Position numbers and translations under genes: made by a program. The notes below the pieces were generated by a model. That model searched no databases. It was not told the DNA's origin and saw nothing but the letters and a program-made list of their open reading frames with translations. From Stegostoma tigrinum (Eukaryota): a DNA stretch of 64,000 nt. The stretch lies in assembly GCF_030684315.1 (NCBI RefSeq), contig NC_081398.1, positions 6,552,385 through 6,616,384 of the forward strand. The letters run 5' to 3'. This document shows positions 46,250 through 60,542 of the stretch, one piece after another (the first letter of the stretch is position 1; every line of letters begins with the position of its first letter).

Positions 46250-48490
46250 TGTCTCAGAGGGTGGTGCATGAATGGAATGAGCTGCCAGAGGAAGTGGTGG
46301 AGGTGAGTGCTGTTACAACGTTTAAAAGACACTTGGACAGGTACATGAACAGGCCGTCCAGTCCAACTCACCCATGCTGACCAGATATCCTTCATAAATC
46401 TAATCCCATTTGCCAGCATTTGGCCCATATCCCTCTAAACCCTTCCTATCCATACACCCATCCAGACACCTTTTAAATGTTGTAATCATACCTGCTTCAC
46501 TGCCTCCTTTCGCAGCTCACTCCATACACACACCACCCTCCATGTGAAAAAGTTACCCTTAGGTCCCTTTTGTATCTTTCCCCTCTCACATTAAACCTAT
46601 GCCATTTAGTTCTAGAATTCCCCACCCCAGGGAAAAAAACCTTACTTACATTATCCATGGTTCTCATAATTTTACAAACCTCTATAAGATCACCCCTCAG
46701 CCTCTGATGCTCTGGGGAAAATAGCCCCAATGTATTAAGCCTCTCCCTATAGCTCAAACCTTCCAACATCTTTGTAAACCTTTTCTGAAGCATTTCTAGT
46801 TTCACTACATCTTTCCTGTAGGATGGAGACCAAAACTGCATTCAATACGCCAGAAGTGGCCAATGCAATGTCGTGTACACCTGCAACATGACCTCCCAAC
46901 TCCGACACTCAATGCACTGGCCAACAAAAGCAAGCATACCAATGCTTTCTTGAATACCCTGTCGACCTATGACTCCACTTTCAAGGAACTTTCAAGGAAC
47001 AGTCCAAGATTTCTTTGCTCAACGAGTGTTCTGTATGTTTTCTTAACTATCCTATTAACCTGTCCTTCCACCTTCAGGGACCTATGGAACAAGTTCCCCA
47101 AGATCCTTCAGCTTTTCCAAGCATCTCGGTGTCCTGTCATTCATTGAGTATTCCCTTGTCTTGTTCCTTCTTCCACAGTGCATCACCTCACATTTATCAG
47201 GGTTATACTCCCTGTGTTGATGATCTGCCCATCTGACCTCCCGTTTATACACCCCGTACCCTAACACTTTCCTCCTCACTGTCCGCCATTCCGACAATCT
47301 TTGTGTCATCCCTAAAGTTACTCACCGACCCCTCCCACATTCTCATCAATGCCGTTTATATAAATCACAAACAATGCAGGACCCAGCGCTGATCCCTGTG
47401 GTACAGCGCAGCACAGTAGGCTCTTGTCACACTGACAGCCTTCCACCCCCACCCTCTGTCTCCTGCCACCGAGCCAATTTTGGATCTAACTTGCCAAATT
47501 ACCCTGGGTCTCATGCGCTTGTATGTTCTTTGTCAGATTCCATTGTGAGACCTTGTCAAAGACTTTGCTGAAAGACCTTGCCTACAGCCGCATAAAGTGT
47601 TTCAACCGCACCAACCTCATCCAAACTCTCGATCTCCTCGTCAGAAAACTCGACCGGGTTTGTGGAGCATGACCCCCCACCGCCCCCTCTGACAAAGCCA
47701 TGCTGACTATCCCTGACCAAACCTGCTTCTCTAAACTGAGATTAATCCGTTTAATTTTCTCTGATAGTTTCCTTACCACCAACGTGAGACTCACTGGTCT
47801 GTACTTCCCTACTCGATCTCTATCACCCTTCTCGTAAGGTGGAACCACATCAGCTGAACTCCAGTCCTCCGGCACCTCTCTGTGGCCAGACAGAAGCCCA
47901 AGTAATTTCCTCCCTCCCTTCCCACAGCAGCCTGCGATACCGCTCCAGTTTCGTCCATGCTGAAGCCTCCAATACCTCTTCGCTCCCCATATCAATCTGC
48001 TCAAGAACTTCACAGACCACTTCCTCGCATTCTCTGCTTCCTTTTCCCAAATAAAAACAGATGTTAAATGCTCATATGACACTCTGCCAATGTCCTCTGT
48101 CTCCATGCACAGATTACCCCTTGGTCCCTAGCAGAGCCTACCCTTCCCTTGGTAATCCTCTTCCACTTGATACACCTGTAAAATATCTTAGGATTCTCCC
48201 TTATCTTACCTGCCTGAAGCTTTCTCATGTTCCCACATTGCTGCCTGACGTGCTTTCTTAAGATGTGCCTACTCTTGCTGTACCCTGCTCAAGCCTCTGC
48301 TAATATGTTCCCTTTCTACCTCTTTAAAAAAACCCTCTTTTTCCTGCTTATCCAGTCCCAAATATTCCTCGACATCCATGATTCTATGGATTTGTTTCTC
48401 GTATATTTCACCCCATAGGAAATATAATGAGCCTTCACCTTCGCCAATTTCACTTGAAACACACCCGCACTGTTCTGCCATATACTTTCC
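46250..48490 (-). mobile_element. Cluster of degenerate CR1 ORF2 fragments
   Basis: VQFWSPSYRKDVVKLE, NPDKCEVMHCGR, YRPVSLTLVVRKLSEKI. Confidence 0.8.
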
Positions 48491-48589
48491 CATGGGAACT
48501 AGTCTGGGATTGTGGTCTCTCCCACCTGTGTGAAGCTTGAACCATGATCGGACCCTCTCTTTCTTAAATAGAGCTGAGGTGAGCTCGAG

Positions 48590-49075
48590 CAGGGGCTGCT
48601 TTGTCCTGGATGGTGTTGAGCTTCCTGAGTGTTGTTGGAGCCACCCCCATCCAGGGTAAAATGGGGGGTATTCCCTCTCACACCTGTCTTGTGCCTTGTA
48701 GGCGAACGAGATCTAGGGAGTTGGGAGGTGAGAACTCGCTGCAGTATTCCCAGCCTCTGACCTGCTCTTATAGTCGTGTTTATGTGGTGAGTTTCTGGCC
48801 AATGGCAACCCCCAGCATGTTGACAGTGGGGTATCCAGTGATGGCAACACCATCAAATGTCAAGGGGCAGTGGTAGAATGTCTCTTATTGGAGATGATAA
48901 TTGCTTGGCATTTATGGGGCATGATGTTAGATGCCACTTGTCAGCCCAAGCCTGGGAATTGCACAGATCTGGTTGTATTTGAACACGGACGGCTTCAGTA
49001 TCTGAGAAGTCACAAATGGTGCTGAACATTGTGCTATCATCAGCGAACATCCCCACTTCTGACCTGATGAAGGAG
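48590..49075 (-). mobile_element. L2/CR1-group LINE RT fragment
   Basis: GMFADDSTMF...QAWADKW. Confidence 0.75.
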
Positions 49076-50089
49076 GGAGCAAGTGAAACTGTTCATGTAC
49101 TTTCGCACAAACCAGAAAATAAACAGGTTCAACCAGGATTCGTCAGCTGCGATTGTTTGGAATGGTGGAGCAGACTTGAAAAAGGTATTCCTGCTCCCCA
49201 GTTCTGATAGGTAGTTCTGCTATAACGTGTGTTTCGTTAACACGAATTGGCTGTTATGTGAATGATGAATAGTGGATGCTGTTTGGATAACATGAACTTG
49301 CTGCTGTACCAGTATAGCGATTTTCTATCGCGACTTCCCTGCAATTTTCTAGAGTGTGATTTCCTATCGCGTGAGATCACACAAGAATCGTGTGAAAGGA
49401 GAGCTTTGATGAAGGGTCTAGGCCCGAAACGTCAGCTTTTGTGCTCCTGAGATGCTGCTGGGCCTGCTGTGTTCATCCAGCCTCACATTTTATTATCTTG
49501 AAAGGAGAGCTACCTTCTTCTCAATATTGAATGTTATCACCAGTCCCAGCCATCAGAGAGGGCTGATGGCTATCGGTTTCAGGCAAAGCATCCTGATGAG
49601 GACTTTGCTGAAGCTGCCCAATCATTGCAATTTCAGGTCATTGAAACATGCACCATCCGCAATAAACTGGAGACCCTTCCAGAGCTGACTTTTGATGTCA
49701 TTGGGTAGACAACCTTGATCATGACTCTAAAGTTGTTAGCATAAACCAAAGTCTAATGGGGCAGTCCTAACTGTGAACACTATCACTGGAATTTGATGAT
49801 CTTGCTTTCCAACATTTAACCTTGTGTAGACCGCAGTGAGTCACATTCCAATAATTCCCAGGCCAAAATCTCTGTCTCAGGCTTGCTGCAGCACTCCAGC
49901 ACTGGCTGGAAGAACAACATCTCACTTACCGTTAGGATACTGTACAATTACTGGATGGAAGAGGCTTGACGCATCTTCTTCCATGACCTTACTCCAACCC
50001 CTTCACACCAGGCTTTGTTATCACATGGTCTGCTGTTATACATCACCCATTGTTATGCTCTAATAGTCCTCATTGGCAGTTATTCTTAA

Positions 50090-51012
50090 GAACATAAGAA
50101 ATAGGAGCAGGAGAGGCTATTTGGCCCCTAGAGCCTGCTCCCCCAATGAATAAGATCATGGCTGATCTTTCTCATTGACTCAGCTCCACTTACCCACCCA
50201 CTCACCATAACACTTAGAGATAGTAAGAACTGCAGATACTGGAGAATCTGAGATAACAAGGTGTAGAGCCGGATGAACACAGCAGGCCAAGCAGCATCAA
50301 AGGAGCAGGAAGGCTGAAGAAGGGTCTAGGCCCAGAACATCAGCCTTTCTGCTCCTCTGATGCTGCTGGCCTGCTGTGTTCATCCAGCTCTACACCATAA
50401 CAGTTAATTCCTTTCCTGTTCAAAAATCTATCTTTGCCTTGAAAATATTCAACAAGATAGCCTCAACTGCTTCACCGGGCAGGGAATTCCACAGATTCAC
50501 AACTTCTTCCTCAGCTCAGTCCTAAATCTGTATCAGAGATAATGGGAACTGCAGATGCTGGAGAATCCAAGATAACAAGCTGGATGAACACAGCAGGCCA
50601 GGCAGCATCTTAGGAGCAGGAAAGCTTTCTGTTGCTTGGCCTGCTGTGTTCATGCTGTGTTCATCAGGCTCCACACCTTGTTATCTCAGTCCTAAATCTG
50701 TCCCCCCTTATTTTGAACCTATGCCCCCTAGTTCTCGTTTCAACCTGCCAGTGGAAACAACATCTCTGCTTTTATCTTACCTATAACATTTATAACTTCA
50801 TATGTTTCTATAAGATATCCCCGCACCTCATTCTTCTAAATTCTAATGAGTATAGTCCCAATCTACTCAGTATCTCCTCATAAGCCAAGCCTCTCAACTC
50901 CCTAATTAACGTAGTGAATTTTCAGTGCCAGCATATCCTTTCTCAAGTAAGGAGACCAAAACTGTACACAGTACTCCAGGGCTGGCCTCACGAGCACACT
51001 TTAGCTGCAGCA
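50090..51012 (-). mobile_element. CR1 3' fragment with two nested palindromic Penelope-end insertions (~50220-50395, ~50530-50690)
   Basis: aagaacataagaaatagg tail; inverted gatgaacacagcaggcc / ggcctgctgtgttcatc arms. Confidence 0.7.
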
Positions 51013-52409
51013 TAACCGCCCGATCCCCCTAGCCAGATTGTTATCCCTTGTCTGTCCAAGTGTTCTTCTCTCTCTCTGGGCTCTACCTCCACTTATTGCT
51101 TATTCATTTTCCCCTCCCTCTGCCCTATCTTCAACCTTTTCCTCACTGTCTTCAGTTTCTGAGGAAGGGCCACTGGACCCGAAACATTAAGTCTGATTTC
51201 TTTCCACAGATGCTGCCTGACCTGCTGAGATTTTCCAGCAATTTCTGCGTTTGTCACGTTCCAACAAAAGTCAGTCCTTTCCTGGCCTCACCAGGCTCTG
51301 TAAATATTAACAAACACTGAGGATGTTACATGGTGGCAGTGTGATTGGAAAGCTTCGTATTTGAGGCTACAGTGAAGCTGAAAAGTAGGCAGCTTGGTGA
51401 CAAAGAATTGCAAGATATTGCATTATGTCTCTGTGAAAGTGATGTAATGCATTATCCTGCAATTCTTTTGCAATTTCACGGTAAACAACTCTCTCTGGAC
51501 TGGGAGTTCAGTTCTATGGACTCAGAGGGAAGAAACACCCTAGAGTATCTCTCATGAATTGTGTTCGCTGCCTGACTTGCTGAGGATCCAAGTGAGTTTC
51601 CAAATGCTGGCATTTCTGTCCACCTGGTAAAACCTGCAAGAGGGGAGCAGTGTCTACCTGGCAGACTCAAGGAGATTGGAGCTGGGAAGCTACCAACAGT
51701 GTAAATCTGTCAGTGATTCAGCATCAGCAGCAGGATAAAGGTACAATAGGATTCTTGTGGTGCAGTGCTCATGGCCAGGTTTCAAGCCTCACCTGCTCCA
51801 GAGGGATTTCATAACAATTCCAAACAGGAAAAGTGGGCGTGCGAAGTAATCATATTGGTCTTCCGCCTCTTTCTCCAAGATCATCCTCAGCGCTGATGCC
51901 TCACTACGCTAGCCCCCTACTATAGACTTTGTACACCCACCACTGTGTAGCCAAATTCTGAATGAACGCCACCTACAGTTTGGAGATGAATGACACCACT
52001 GTTCTGGGGAGGCATCAGCCAGCGATGAGTCAGATTCCGGGAAAGAGATAGAGGACTGGTGTCATGGAGCAATGATAACAAGCTCTTGCTCAATTTCAGC
52101 AAAATAAAATAACTGATCTTTGACTTCAGGAAGAATGGAGACGGACACACTCCTATCTACATCAACAGAGCTGAGGTGGAGCGAGTTGAGAGTGTCAAGT
52201 TCCTAGGAGTGAGGGTAACACACTGTCTGTCTTGGGCCTCCTGCACAGATGAGATGGTTAAGAAGGCACAACAGAGCCACTACGTCCTGAGGTGGCTCAG
52301 GAAACTTGACATGCCCACAAGGACCCGGGGACGGGATAGAAGTATTTCAGAAGATAAATTGCAGTTTGATACTGGGAAGCAAGATTTTCATTTTATTCTT
52401 CTCTCTTCA

Positions 52410-52985
52410 TTTGTGGGATGTGGGCATCGCTGGCTGGCCAATATTTCTTGCCCCCTCCCTAGTTGCCCCTTGAGAAGGTGGGGGTGAGCTGCCTTCTTGC
52501 ACAGCTGCAATCGACCTGCTGTGGGTTGACTCACAATGCCATTCGGGAGGAAATTCCAGGATTTTGACCCAGTGAAAGAATGTAGATATATTTCCAAGTC
52601 AGGATGGTGAGTGGCTTGGAGGGGACCTTCGAGGTAGTGGTGTTCCCATATGTCTGATGCTCTTGTCCTTCTAGATGGAAATGGTCGTAGGTTTGGAAGG
52701 TGCTGACTGAGGATCTTTGGTGAATTTCTGCAGCGCATCTTGTAGATGGTAGACACTGCAGCAACTGAGCCTCGGTGGTGGAGGGAGTGGGATGTTTGTG
52801 GATGTAGTGCCAATCAAGCAGGGGCTGCACTGTCCTGGATGGTGTCGAGCTTCTTGAGTGTTCTTGGGGCTATATTCAACCAGGCAAGCGGGAAGTATTC
52901 CATTGCATTTCTGACTTGTGCCTTGATGGTGGTGGACAGTCTTTGAGGAGTAAGGAGGTGAGGTAGTTGCCACAGTACTCCTAGC
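52410..52985 (-). mobile_element. L2-group LINE 3' fragment
   Basis: Family shared with 39600-40090; HSLHHRGSVAAVSTIYKMRC. Confidence 0.7.
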
Positions 52986-54054
52986 TTCTGGATATTCCTG
53001 GATTTGTGAGCAATTTTAGCAATTGGAACCTCGGACTGGACTCTTAAAATCTATATTCTAACCTGTTTAGGGACCAGTAACTCTGCTTTATGTAGATAAT
53101 GTTTGAAATATAAGCACTTAATAAAGAAATGAAGGCAAAAGTTTTCATTGTTTTGAGCACATTGTTTTTCCTCTATAAGATTAGAAAAATAAACCAACCT
53201 CCTATATGGATATAAGATATACTCCAACATCTGGAATAAACATGACTCAAATATGGTTTAACAAGTATATGAACACACCACAGAGCCCATCAATACAAAA
53301 TGCAGTCAAGATACTGCCCCGAGATTTCTTATAAACCCACTCAGACATCAGTGACACTGTGTGTCATCTAATCTTGTTAAACTGTTGTCTCCTTTACATG
53401 ACATTCCTGATTTTACATTCAAAGATTCAGTATTAAAACTCTCTCTATGCTGTGCCACCATGGGCTGCCTCAATGGCTGTTCATGTTCTTATCATTCAAT
53501 CTCTTTCCCCAAGACTACATTTGTGAGGTTCCTCAGACTGCTAGTAACCACTTAAATACCAGCACAATTATAGCTTTTTAGTGTCACCAACCCAGTATTG
53601 CCCTTGAACTTTCCAGAGCTCCCTGGGGGTCATTTCCAGCTGAGCAGATTGACATTAGCGGCTGAATCGCACTGTTTCAGCTGGCATCTGAACAGTCCCA
53701 GCTCATCAGCTGTGCTGCTGTCAACTGCTCACCTCGCAGCAGTTCAATCTCTTCTCCTGAGACTGCATTCACAAAGATGCTCTTCAGAATGTTATCACTG
53801 ACACAATCCCAGCTCTCCAGCAACCATGGGCAGAAATCTACTGCCTGCAGCTGAGTGTTTCTAACACTGAAGGAACCTCAAATGGCTCTGACTGGCCCTT
53901 GATGTGTTGTGAATGGCCAGTTAGGCATATCAAGCCCTACTTTTGTTGCTAGGCAGAAGTAAATGCGACAGATGATGGAGCTCAAATATCGTAGTTCACT
54001 TACTTACACAGCAACAAATGGTGGCAAAAGACAAACCATTATGACACAAGTGCT

Positions 54055-54952
54055 CCTTCTACACCCTATACACTCATAACTCTGTGACCACAATTCATCC
54101 TGACTCTATTGACAAGCTCGCTGATGACACCACCCCCATCGTAGGCCGAATCTCAAGCGACAAGGAGACAGAATACAGGAAAGAGACAGTGTGGCACGGA
54201 GTTAAAGCTAACAATTTTTCCCTCAACATCAGAAAAATAAAGGAGCTGTCCATTGGCTTCAGGAGTGGAGGGGACTTCCCTGTCTACATCAATAATGCTG
54301 ATGTGAGTAAGGTCGAGAACATCAGATTTCTAGGAATGATGATCACCACCAATCTGTTGACGCTGTGGTCACGAAAACATGACAATATTTTTACTTCCTC
54401 AGTAGGCTAAGAAAATTTGACATGTCTGTAAAGATTCTCACCAATTTTTAGGCATGCATCATAGAAAGCATCATGCCTGAGTGCATTACAGCCTGGTACG
54501 GCTGCTTCTCTGCCCAGGACCACAAGAAACTACAGAGAGTTGCGAACATAGCTCAGTCCATCACATTAGCCAACCTTCCATCCATTGACTCCATCTACAC
54601 TTCCCACTGCCTCAGGAAGGCAGCCAACATCATCAAAGACCCCTCCCACCCTGGTTACAATCTCTTCCAACCTCTTCCGTCATACAGAAGATACGAAAGC
54701 TCAAACATCAGTATCAACAGGTTCAAGAACAGCTTCTTCCCCACTGTCATCAAGCTTCTGGAAGGACCTGTCAATTTTTAAATCTAATGTTGATCTCGCT
54801 CTTTGTCCACCTTCTCTGCAGCCATAACATTGTATTCCTCACTCTGTTCTGTTTCCCTACTGCACTCGGTATGGTATGATTTGCCTGCACTGCATGCAAA
54901 ACATAAGTTTTCACTGTGTCGAGGCACACGTGACAATAATGAATCAAATCAA
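54055..54952 (+). mobile_element. Rex1/Babar-like LINE 3' part
   Basis: KLADDTT..NNFSLNIRKIKEL..CITAWYG..RKAANIIKDPSHPG..RFKNSFFP, with an (aatc)n tail. Related pieces lie at ~52030-52320 (+) and ~63020-63360 (-). Confidence 0.75.
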
Positions 54953-55799
54953 AGTCAGTTTGAGGTGAATTCCTTATTGTGGAGAAACACCAAGGTGGGG
55001 GGGAGAGAGAGAGTGTTAGTTTGATCGAGACTTCAAAGACATTGGCACTTTTGTAAAACAAGTGGTTTCCCGCTGCGGTTCAGAAAGGGAAGCTGGAAGA
55101 GATTTTGTGGATAATTTCCTGTGGACAGAAGACGAGGAGGCAGTGGGAAAAAGCAGAACAGAGGCTTCAGAGTAATTCGGTGGCAAACTTCAACTCATCA
55201 TAACATTTCATCCAGACGTACAGAGTGAAGGGAGCAGCAGTGAGGGACTCAGCTCTTTATCTGATCCCTCTGTCCCTCTCGGCCTGTGAGTAACCCTCAT
55301 CATGTTTTACTCATCCCTGGATTCGTTCAATCATCATTCACCAAAAGATAGGGATGGCATTAGAAGGTGTGACTAAACGCTGGAAGCTGGGCTCTGGAGA
55401 CAGAGAGAGGCGGACAGGCAAACAGAGGTTCATTCCGGAGAGTTGGATTTCCCAGAATGAAGGCACAATCCCCAGTGGTAGAGGAACATGGAGACTTTGG
55501 AGGAGTGTCAAGTTGGAAATGGCAGAGATCTGGAGAGATTGAAGGCATGGAGCATGTAGATCGGGACAGATCAGTGCGATCGATCAGGAGTTGCTGGTCA
55601 GCCACCACAGAGATGTGGTCTCCATCTCGGACACATGCTGCATGGAGACATGGAGATTGATGGAATGGCGGGGAGAGTCCAGGGAACTGTGGTCAAGGAG
55701 TTGAAATCATTAGTTAATGCAATAACCTGGCGTCATCGGCCCCCTCTGAGGGCAATAGGTGAGCGGTCAGAGGGGGGATTCTTTACACTCAGTGAGACA

Positions 55800-56180
55800 G
55801 AGAGGTGAGGAATCAAGGGGAGACAGCAGGAGGCAGGAGGGGAGACTGGAGGGGAGCGGACGGGTGAGGAGGAGAGAGGGGAAAGGAAGGGGGAAGGAGT
55901 GGGGAGGGGAGGGGGAGTGGGAAGGGCAGGAAAGAGGCGGAGGAGGAGAGCGGTGGGGAGAGCAGCAGAGAGGTGGAGTGGAGGAAAGAGGAGAGGGAAG
56001 GGGTAGGAAAGGAGAGTGGAGGAAAGAGGACAAGGTGGGGAGTGGAGAGGGGAAGAAGAGGGAGTGAAAGGGGGAGGTGAAGTGAGGTGTAAAGAGGAGA
56101 AGTAAGGAGAGGTGAAGGGAGGAAAGGGGAGGAGAGGGAAAGGAGAGGAAGAGAGCAGAGGAGGGCAAGGGAGGAGCTGG
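55800..56180. repeat. GGA-rich low-complexity tract
   Basis: Purine simple sequence. Confidence 0.85.
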
Positions 56181-56939
56181 AAACTGAATCTACAACAGGG
56201 ACCAATCCCAGCAGAGACCCTGCCCCAATGCCATGGCATGGAGGGGTCAATGTGGCTGTAACAGACAGATTCAGCTTGACACGGTCTCACTGCAGCAATG
56301 TTGACAGGCTCATGTTGCTGCACACAGACCGTGCTCTCTCAGTGGGAACATTCACAGGGGCAAGGCCACATCTCCCGTTGATTCCATACAATGGCCGCAC
56401 TCACTGTTCAGAACCTACTCTTTCAGTGTTTATTGGGGAGAAGATGGAACATAATGTACAAATCGTGGAGAAGAATGAGACAATCCAATAGAACATAGAA
56501 AATAGGGGCAAAAGGAGGTCATTCGGCCCCTCGAGCCAGCTCTGTCATTGAACAGGACAGTGGCTCACCAAAGAACTCAATCCCATAATCCTGCCCTCCC
56601 CCATTTCCCATGATGCCTTTAGCTACAAGCGTTAGATTGACCTCGTTCTCAAAAATACCCAATGTTTTAGCCTCAACCCCTTTCTGTGGATGCTACTGTC
56701 TGGATAAAGAAATATATCCTCATCTCAGATAGCGTGGGAGGTAGGACAGGGAACAGAGAGACTATTTCAACACAGATCCTGTTGCCCTGGGCCCCCATAG
56801 CTGGGCTTTCTCACCCAGAGGGAAGACAGACGGTGGGGTCAGCTATTGAACAAAGCAGCAGATGATAGAATGACCAGCTCAATCTCCCTCTGTCTCTCAA
56901 GAAAGCTATAAAATTCAGGGGCAGTGCATGCGTGTAATC

Positions 56940-58190
56940 CCACACCACAAAATGCATGTTGGTTTTCATAGCGAGCAGATTCGAGTACAGGAGCAGGGAT
57001 GTATTGCTCCAATTGTACAGGGCCCTGGTGAGACCACACCCTAGAGTATTGTGTGCAGTTTCAGACTCCTTATCTGAGGAACAATTTTCTGGCTACAGAG
57101 GGAGCGCAGTGAAGGTTGGCCAGATTGACTCTTAGGATGGCAGGACTGACATATGTGGAGAGACTGGGCCGTTTAGGATTGTACCCACTGGAGTTTAGAA
57201 GAATGATGGGGAGATCATAGACTGCTATAAAATTCTGAGAGGACTGGACGGCTAGGCTCTTCCCGATGGCTAGGAGTCTAGAACAGGGGGTCATGGTCAA
57301 AAGGAGACAGGGTAGGGCTGGGATGAGGAGAAATGTCTTCATCCAGAATGGGGTATCCTGTGGAATTCTCTACCACAGAAAGCAATTGAGGCCAAAACAT
57401 TGAATGTTTTCGAGGGGAATTCAAAGAGTATTGAAATTTGGCACATTGAGTCTAATGTGGATAAGGTGGAGGTGACCCAGTTTGGTTAGAAGAATAGAAA
57501 GGTAACATCATCTAAATGGAGAGAAAATTTGTAGAGGGATTGGGTGTCATTATGCATGAACCATTGAAACGTAGCAGGGAATAACGAGGGCAAAATAAAT
57601 TTTGGTCTTTATTTCTAAAGGATTAGAGTATAAAAGTAGGGAAGGGCATTAGTGAGATCGCAACAAGAGTGCTACATTCCGTTTTGGTCTCCTTATCTGA
57701 GCGGGGATGTAGCTGTATTGAAGGTACCTCAGTTGAAATTCAGAAGAATGATTCCAGAGATGAGGGGTTTATCTTGTGGGAAAAAATTGAGCCATTTAGG
57801 GCCATGCTGTCTGGAGTTCAGAAGAATGAGAGATCTAATTGTGGTCTATCAGAGGCTAAAGGGGATTGACAAAGTAGATGTAGATGGGATGTTTCCCCAT
57901 GTGGGGCAGTGTAGAATGAGAGGTCACAGTTTTAGGATAAGTGGGCGGTGGATTTAAGGCAGAGATGGGGAAGAATTACATCTCTCAAAGGGTCATGAAT
58001 CTGTTGGATTCATTCCCCCAGAGTGTGGTTGATACTGGTTCACTGAGTAAATGTAAGGAGAAGATAGATTTTTAAATAAAAACAGATTAAAGGCTAATGG
58101 GGAGTGGGCAGGAGAGTGGAGTTGAGGTGAAGATCAGGTAAGCTGCTGAATAGCCTCCTCCTGCTCCTAGCCCTTGCTTTCTTATGGACC
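56940..58190 (+). mobile_element. Two degenerate CR1 3' fragments
   Basis: LYRALVRPHP..., PFWSPYL...IDKVDVDGMFP. Confidence 0.7.
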
Positions 58191-58314
58191 GTGTCCGTCC
58201 CCACAACACAGGCACAAGCCACAGTGGGTCACACTGATGCCTGGCACTCACCCTCTCAGGGACATTTAGGGATGGGCAACTTATCCCAGTGATTCCTGCC
58301 AGCTCCCTGTTGAA

Positions 58315-58500
58315 GTGACGGTGCGCCCGACCTTCAGGGGCTGCGGGAATTTCCGAAACTACCTTTCACTCATTTCACCGGGGTGCGGGTTTCCCCATCG
58401 TAAACCATCTTGTCAATTTCAGGCCTTCTCATCGAAAAGCCCGGGGAAGGGATGAGTGGTTCAGAATTGAACCGACTGGTGGTATCCAGGAACAAAGTGG
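58315..58500 (+). promoter_or_regulatory. Candidate NF-kB/IRF-responsive promoter and first exon
   Basis: CpG cluster; perfect kB site GGGAATTTCC (58345-58354); second kB-like gggtttcccc (58387-58396); ISRE-like tttcactcatttc (58364-58376); donor TGG|GTGAGA at 58501. Confidence 0.5.
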
Positions 58501-60039
58501 GTGAGACTCAGGATTACTCTATGCCACAAGATGAGGATCTTCTGATCTGATATGACTGTTCTCGTTCACTTTAAGTAGACACTGTAGGTCGTTTGTTTTG
58601 GCGTACAGTTCGTGCAGACCCCTTTCTGTCTCAGAAAATAACTTATATTTGCTGCTCCTTTCAGCGATCTAGTCTCTGTGCTTCCTTTTAAATGGATTCT
58701 TTGAGCTTCAGGTGAATTCTGTTGACTCTACGTTTCCCATACCATTGGACCTCACGAGATGCACCAACATTTTGAATGGACGTGCAAATGAGTTGGCCTT
58801 TCCCTCTGCAGAGATGGGCAGAAAGATCCAGTTTTGGGGAAGGGAGATACCAACACAGTTTGTGTGTGATAGAAGCCATTCAGCACATTCCAACCCAGCC
58901 TGTACCAGCTCTTCATTTGGTCCCTTTGTCCCTTCCCCCTTCAGTGGGTCCTTTCAGACATTCCCTGGCTGAGTTTGACCTCAAACTCCAGCCACCTCCA
59001 TTCAGTTGCTCAAAAGAGCTCTGTGACTGGCTTGGCGGTTACAAAGTGACCAAGGAGGTCTCTCTTCCTTATGATTCCCTCGTGGGGATGTGGGCATCTA
59101 TGACCTGGCCAGTGTTTATAGTCCGTCCCTAGTCCGAGCGGCACAGTGGGCCGAGTGGCCTGCTTCCATTCTGCAGAGATCCTGTGCTTTTAATTTCTAA
59201 AACCACACCATCACCATCTCCCCTCAATGACTTCTTTCACGAGAGATTACTCTGAGTTCTTAGGAAGAGGAAGGAGAAAAGGCAGAACTGACCCCTAGAT
59301 AACACAGAGTCCTTCTCAAAGCATCTCTGTTTCTCCTGCAATCACTCAAAGCTCCTCGCGATTTTCCAGAGGGACATGGGGAGCGGCGTTGGACTCTGCT
59401 CTCTTCCATGCCTCTCCATCAATGAGCCAATGCCCCTTTTATTGCAGCGCTTTGCCAGCTTCGTGTTCCACCCTTTGCATGATCCCTGCCCCTTAACTGG
59501 GCAACCCAAAGTTGGTGAGACTGGTGGCACCTTCCACGACACCTTGAGAATTTCCAGGTAATGGAACAATACAAACTACTAGCAATTGTGTCATACCTAC
59601 CCGGGTTGATGAGTTAAAGAGGGTGAAAAACCAAAAGAAAAGCAGGAAAATCATCTCTATCAGTGGGGAACACCTCCCAATTAAAGCTAATATCATCACT
59701 GTCCCAATCTCTCATGGGACAGAGAGAGGGAGAGGTAATGGAGAGCCACCATTCCTGGAGCAAGGGGGGGAGGTTGAGGAGGTAGCACTTTCATGGCTAG
59801 GGTGGAAATCAAAGTCATACTGTTGGTGTCAGTCTACATCACAAACCAGCCTTCCAGTCAACTGAGCTAACTTACTGCGAGACCACCCAGTGTAATAATC
59901 AGAGTGAACATCTTACAAGGGGAGGTGAAACTGGTCAATTTATGACTTGGGGAGGATACATGGTATCTGTTATTCTATTTATAAACCAGATCGAGAGAGA
60001 GAACAAGAGTAGGGAAGAGAATCAAAGGCCTGGAGTGGC

Positions 60040-60500
60040 CTTAAAACAAATTGAGGGGATCGATTTGGTTTATATATAGAAAACAACAGATACCCAGGAG
60101 TGACTTACAGACTGGAATCTAACTGAGGGGTTTGGCATGGTTTACATACAGAATAACAGATACTGGAGAGTGAGTTACAGACTGGAATCTAATCGAGAGG
60201 CTCAGGATGGTTTATATATGGAATAACAGATATTCAAAAGCGAACTACAGACTGGAATCTAATTGAGGTTTTTGGAGTGGTTTATGGATAAAATAACAGA
60301 TCCCAGGGAGTGAGCTACAGACTGGAATTGAAAAGAGGGGTTGGAGAGTTTATGTATACATTTACAAATACCCAGGAGTGGGTTACAGATGGGTGCCAAA
60401 TTGAGGGATTCAGGGTGGTTTATATGTATAATATCAGATCCCTGGGAGTGAGCTACAGACTAGAATCTAATTGAGGGGTTCCGGGTGATTTAACTATAGA
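60040..60500. repeat. ~70-bp tandem satellite, about 6.5 diverged copies
   Basis: tttatatatagaataacagatacccaggagtgagttacagactggaatctaattgaggg recurs with ~70-nt period. Confidence 0.85.
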
Positions 60501-60542
60501 ATGGTCAGAAATCACACGACACTAGATTATAGTCCCATAGGT

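Noticed and set aside
59342-59569. Possible exon(s) with donors at ~59515 and ~59558
   Set aside because: Weak acceptor, no recognisable domain, and no signal-peptide reading in phase with the 58711 donor.
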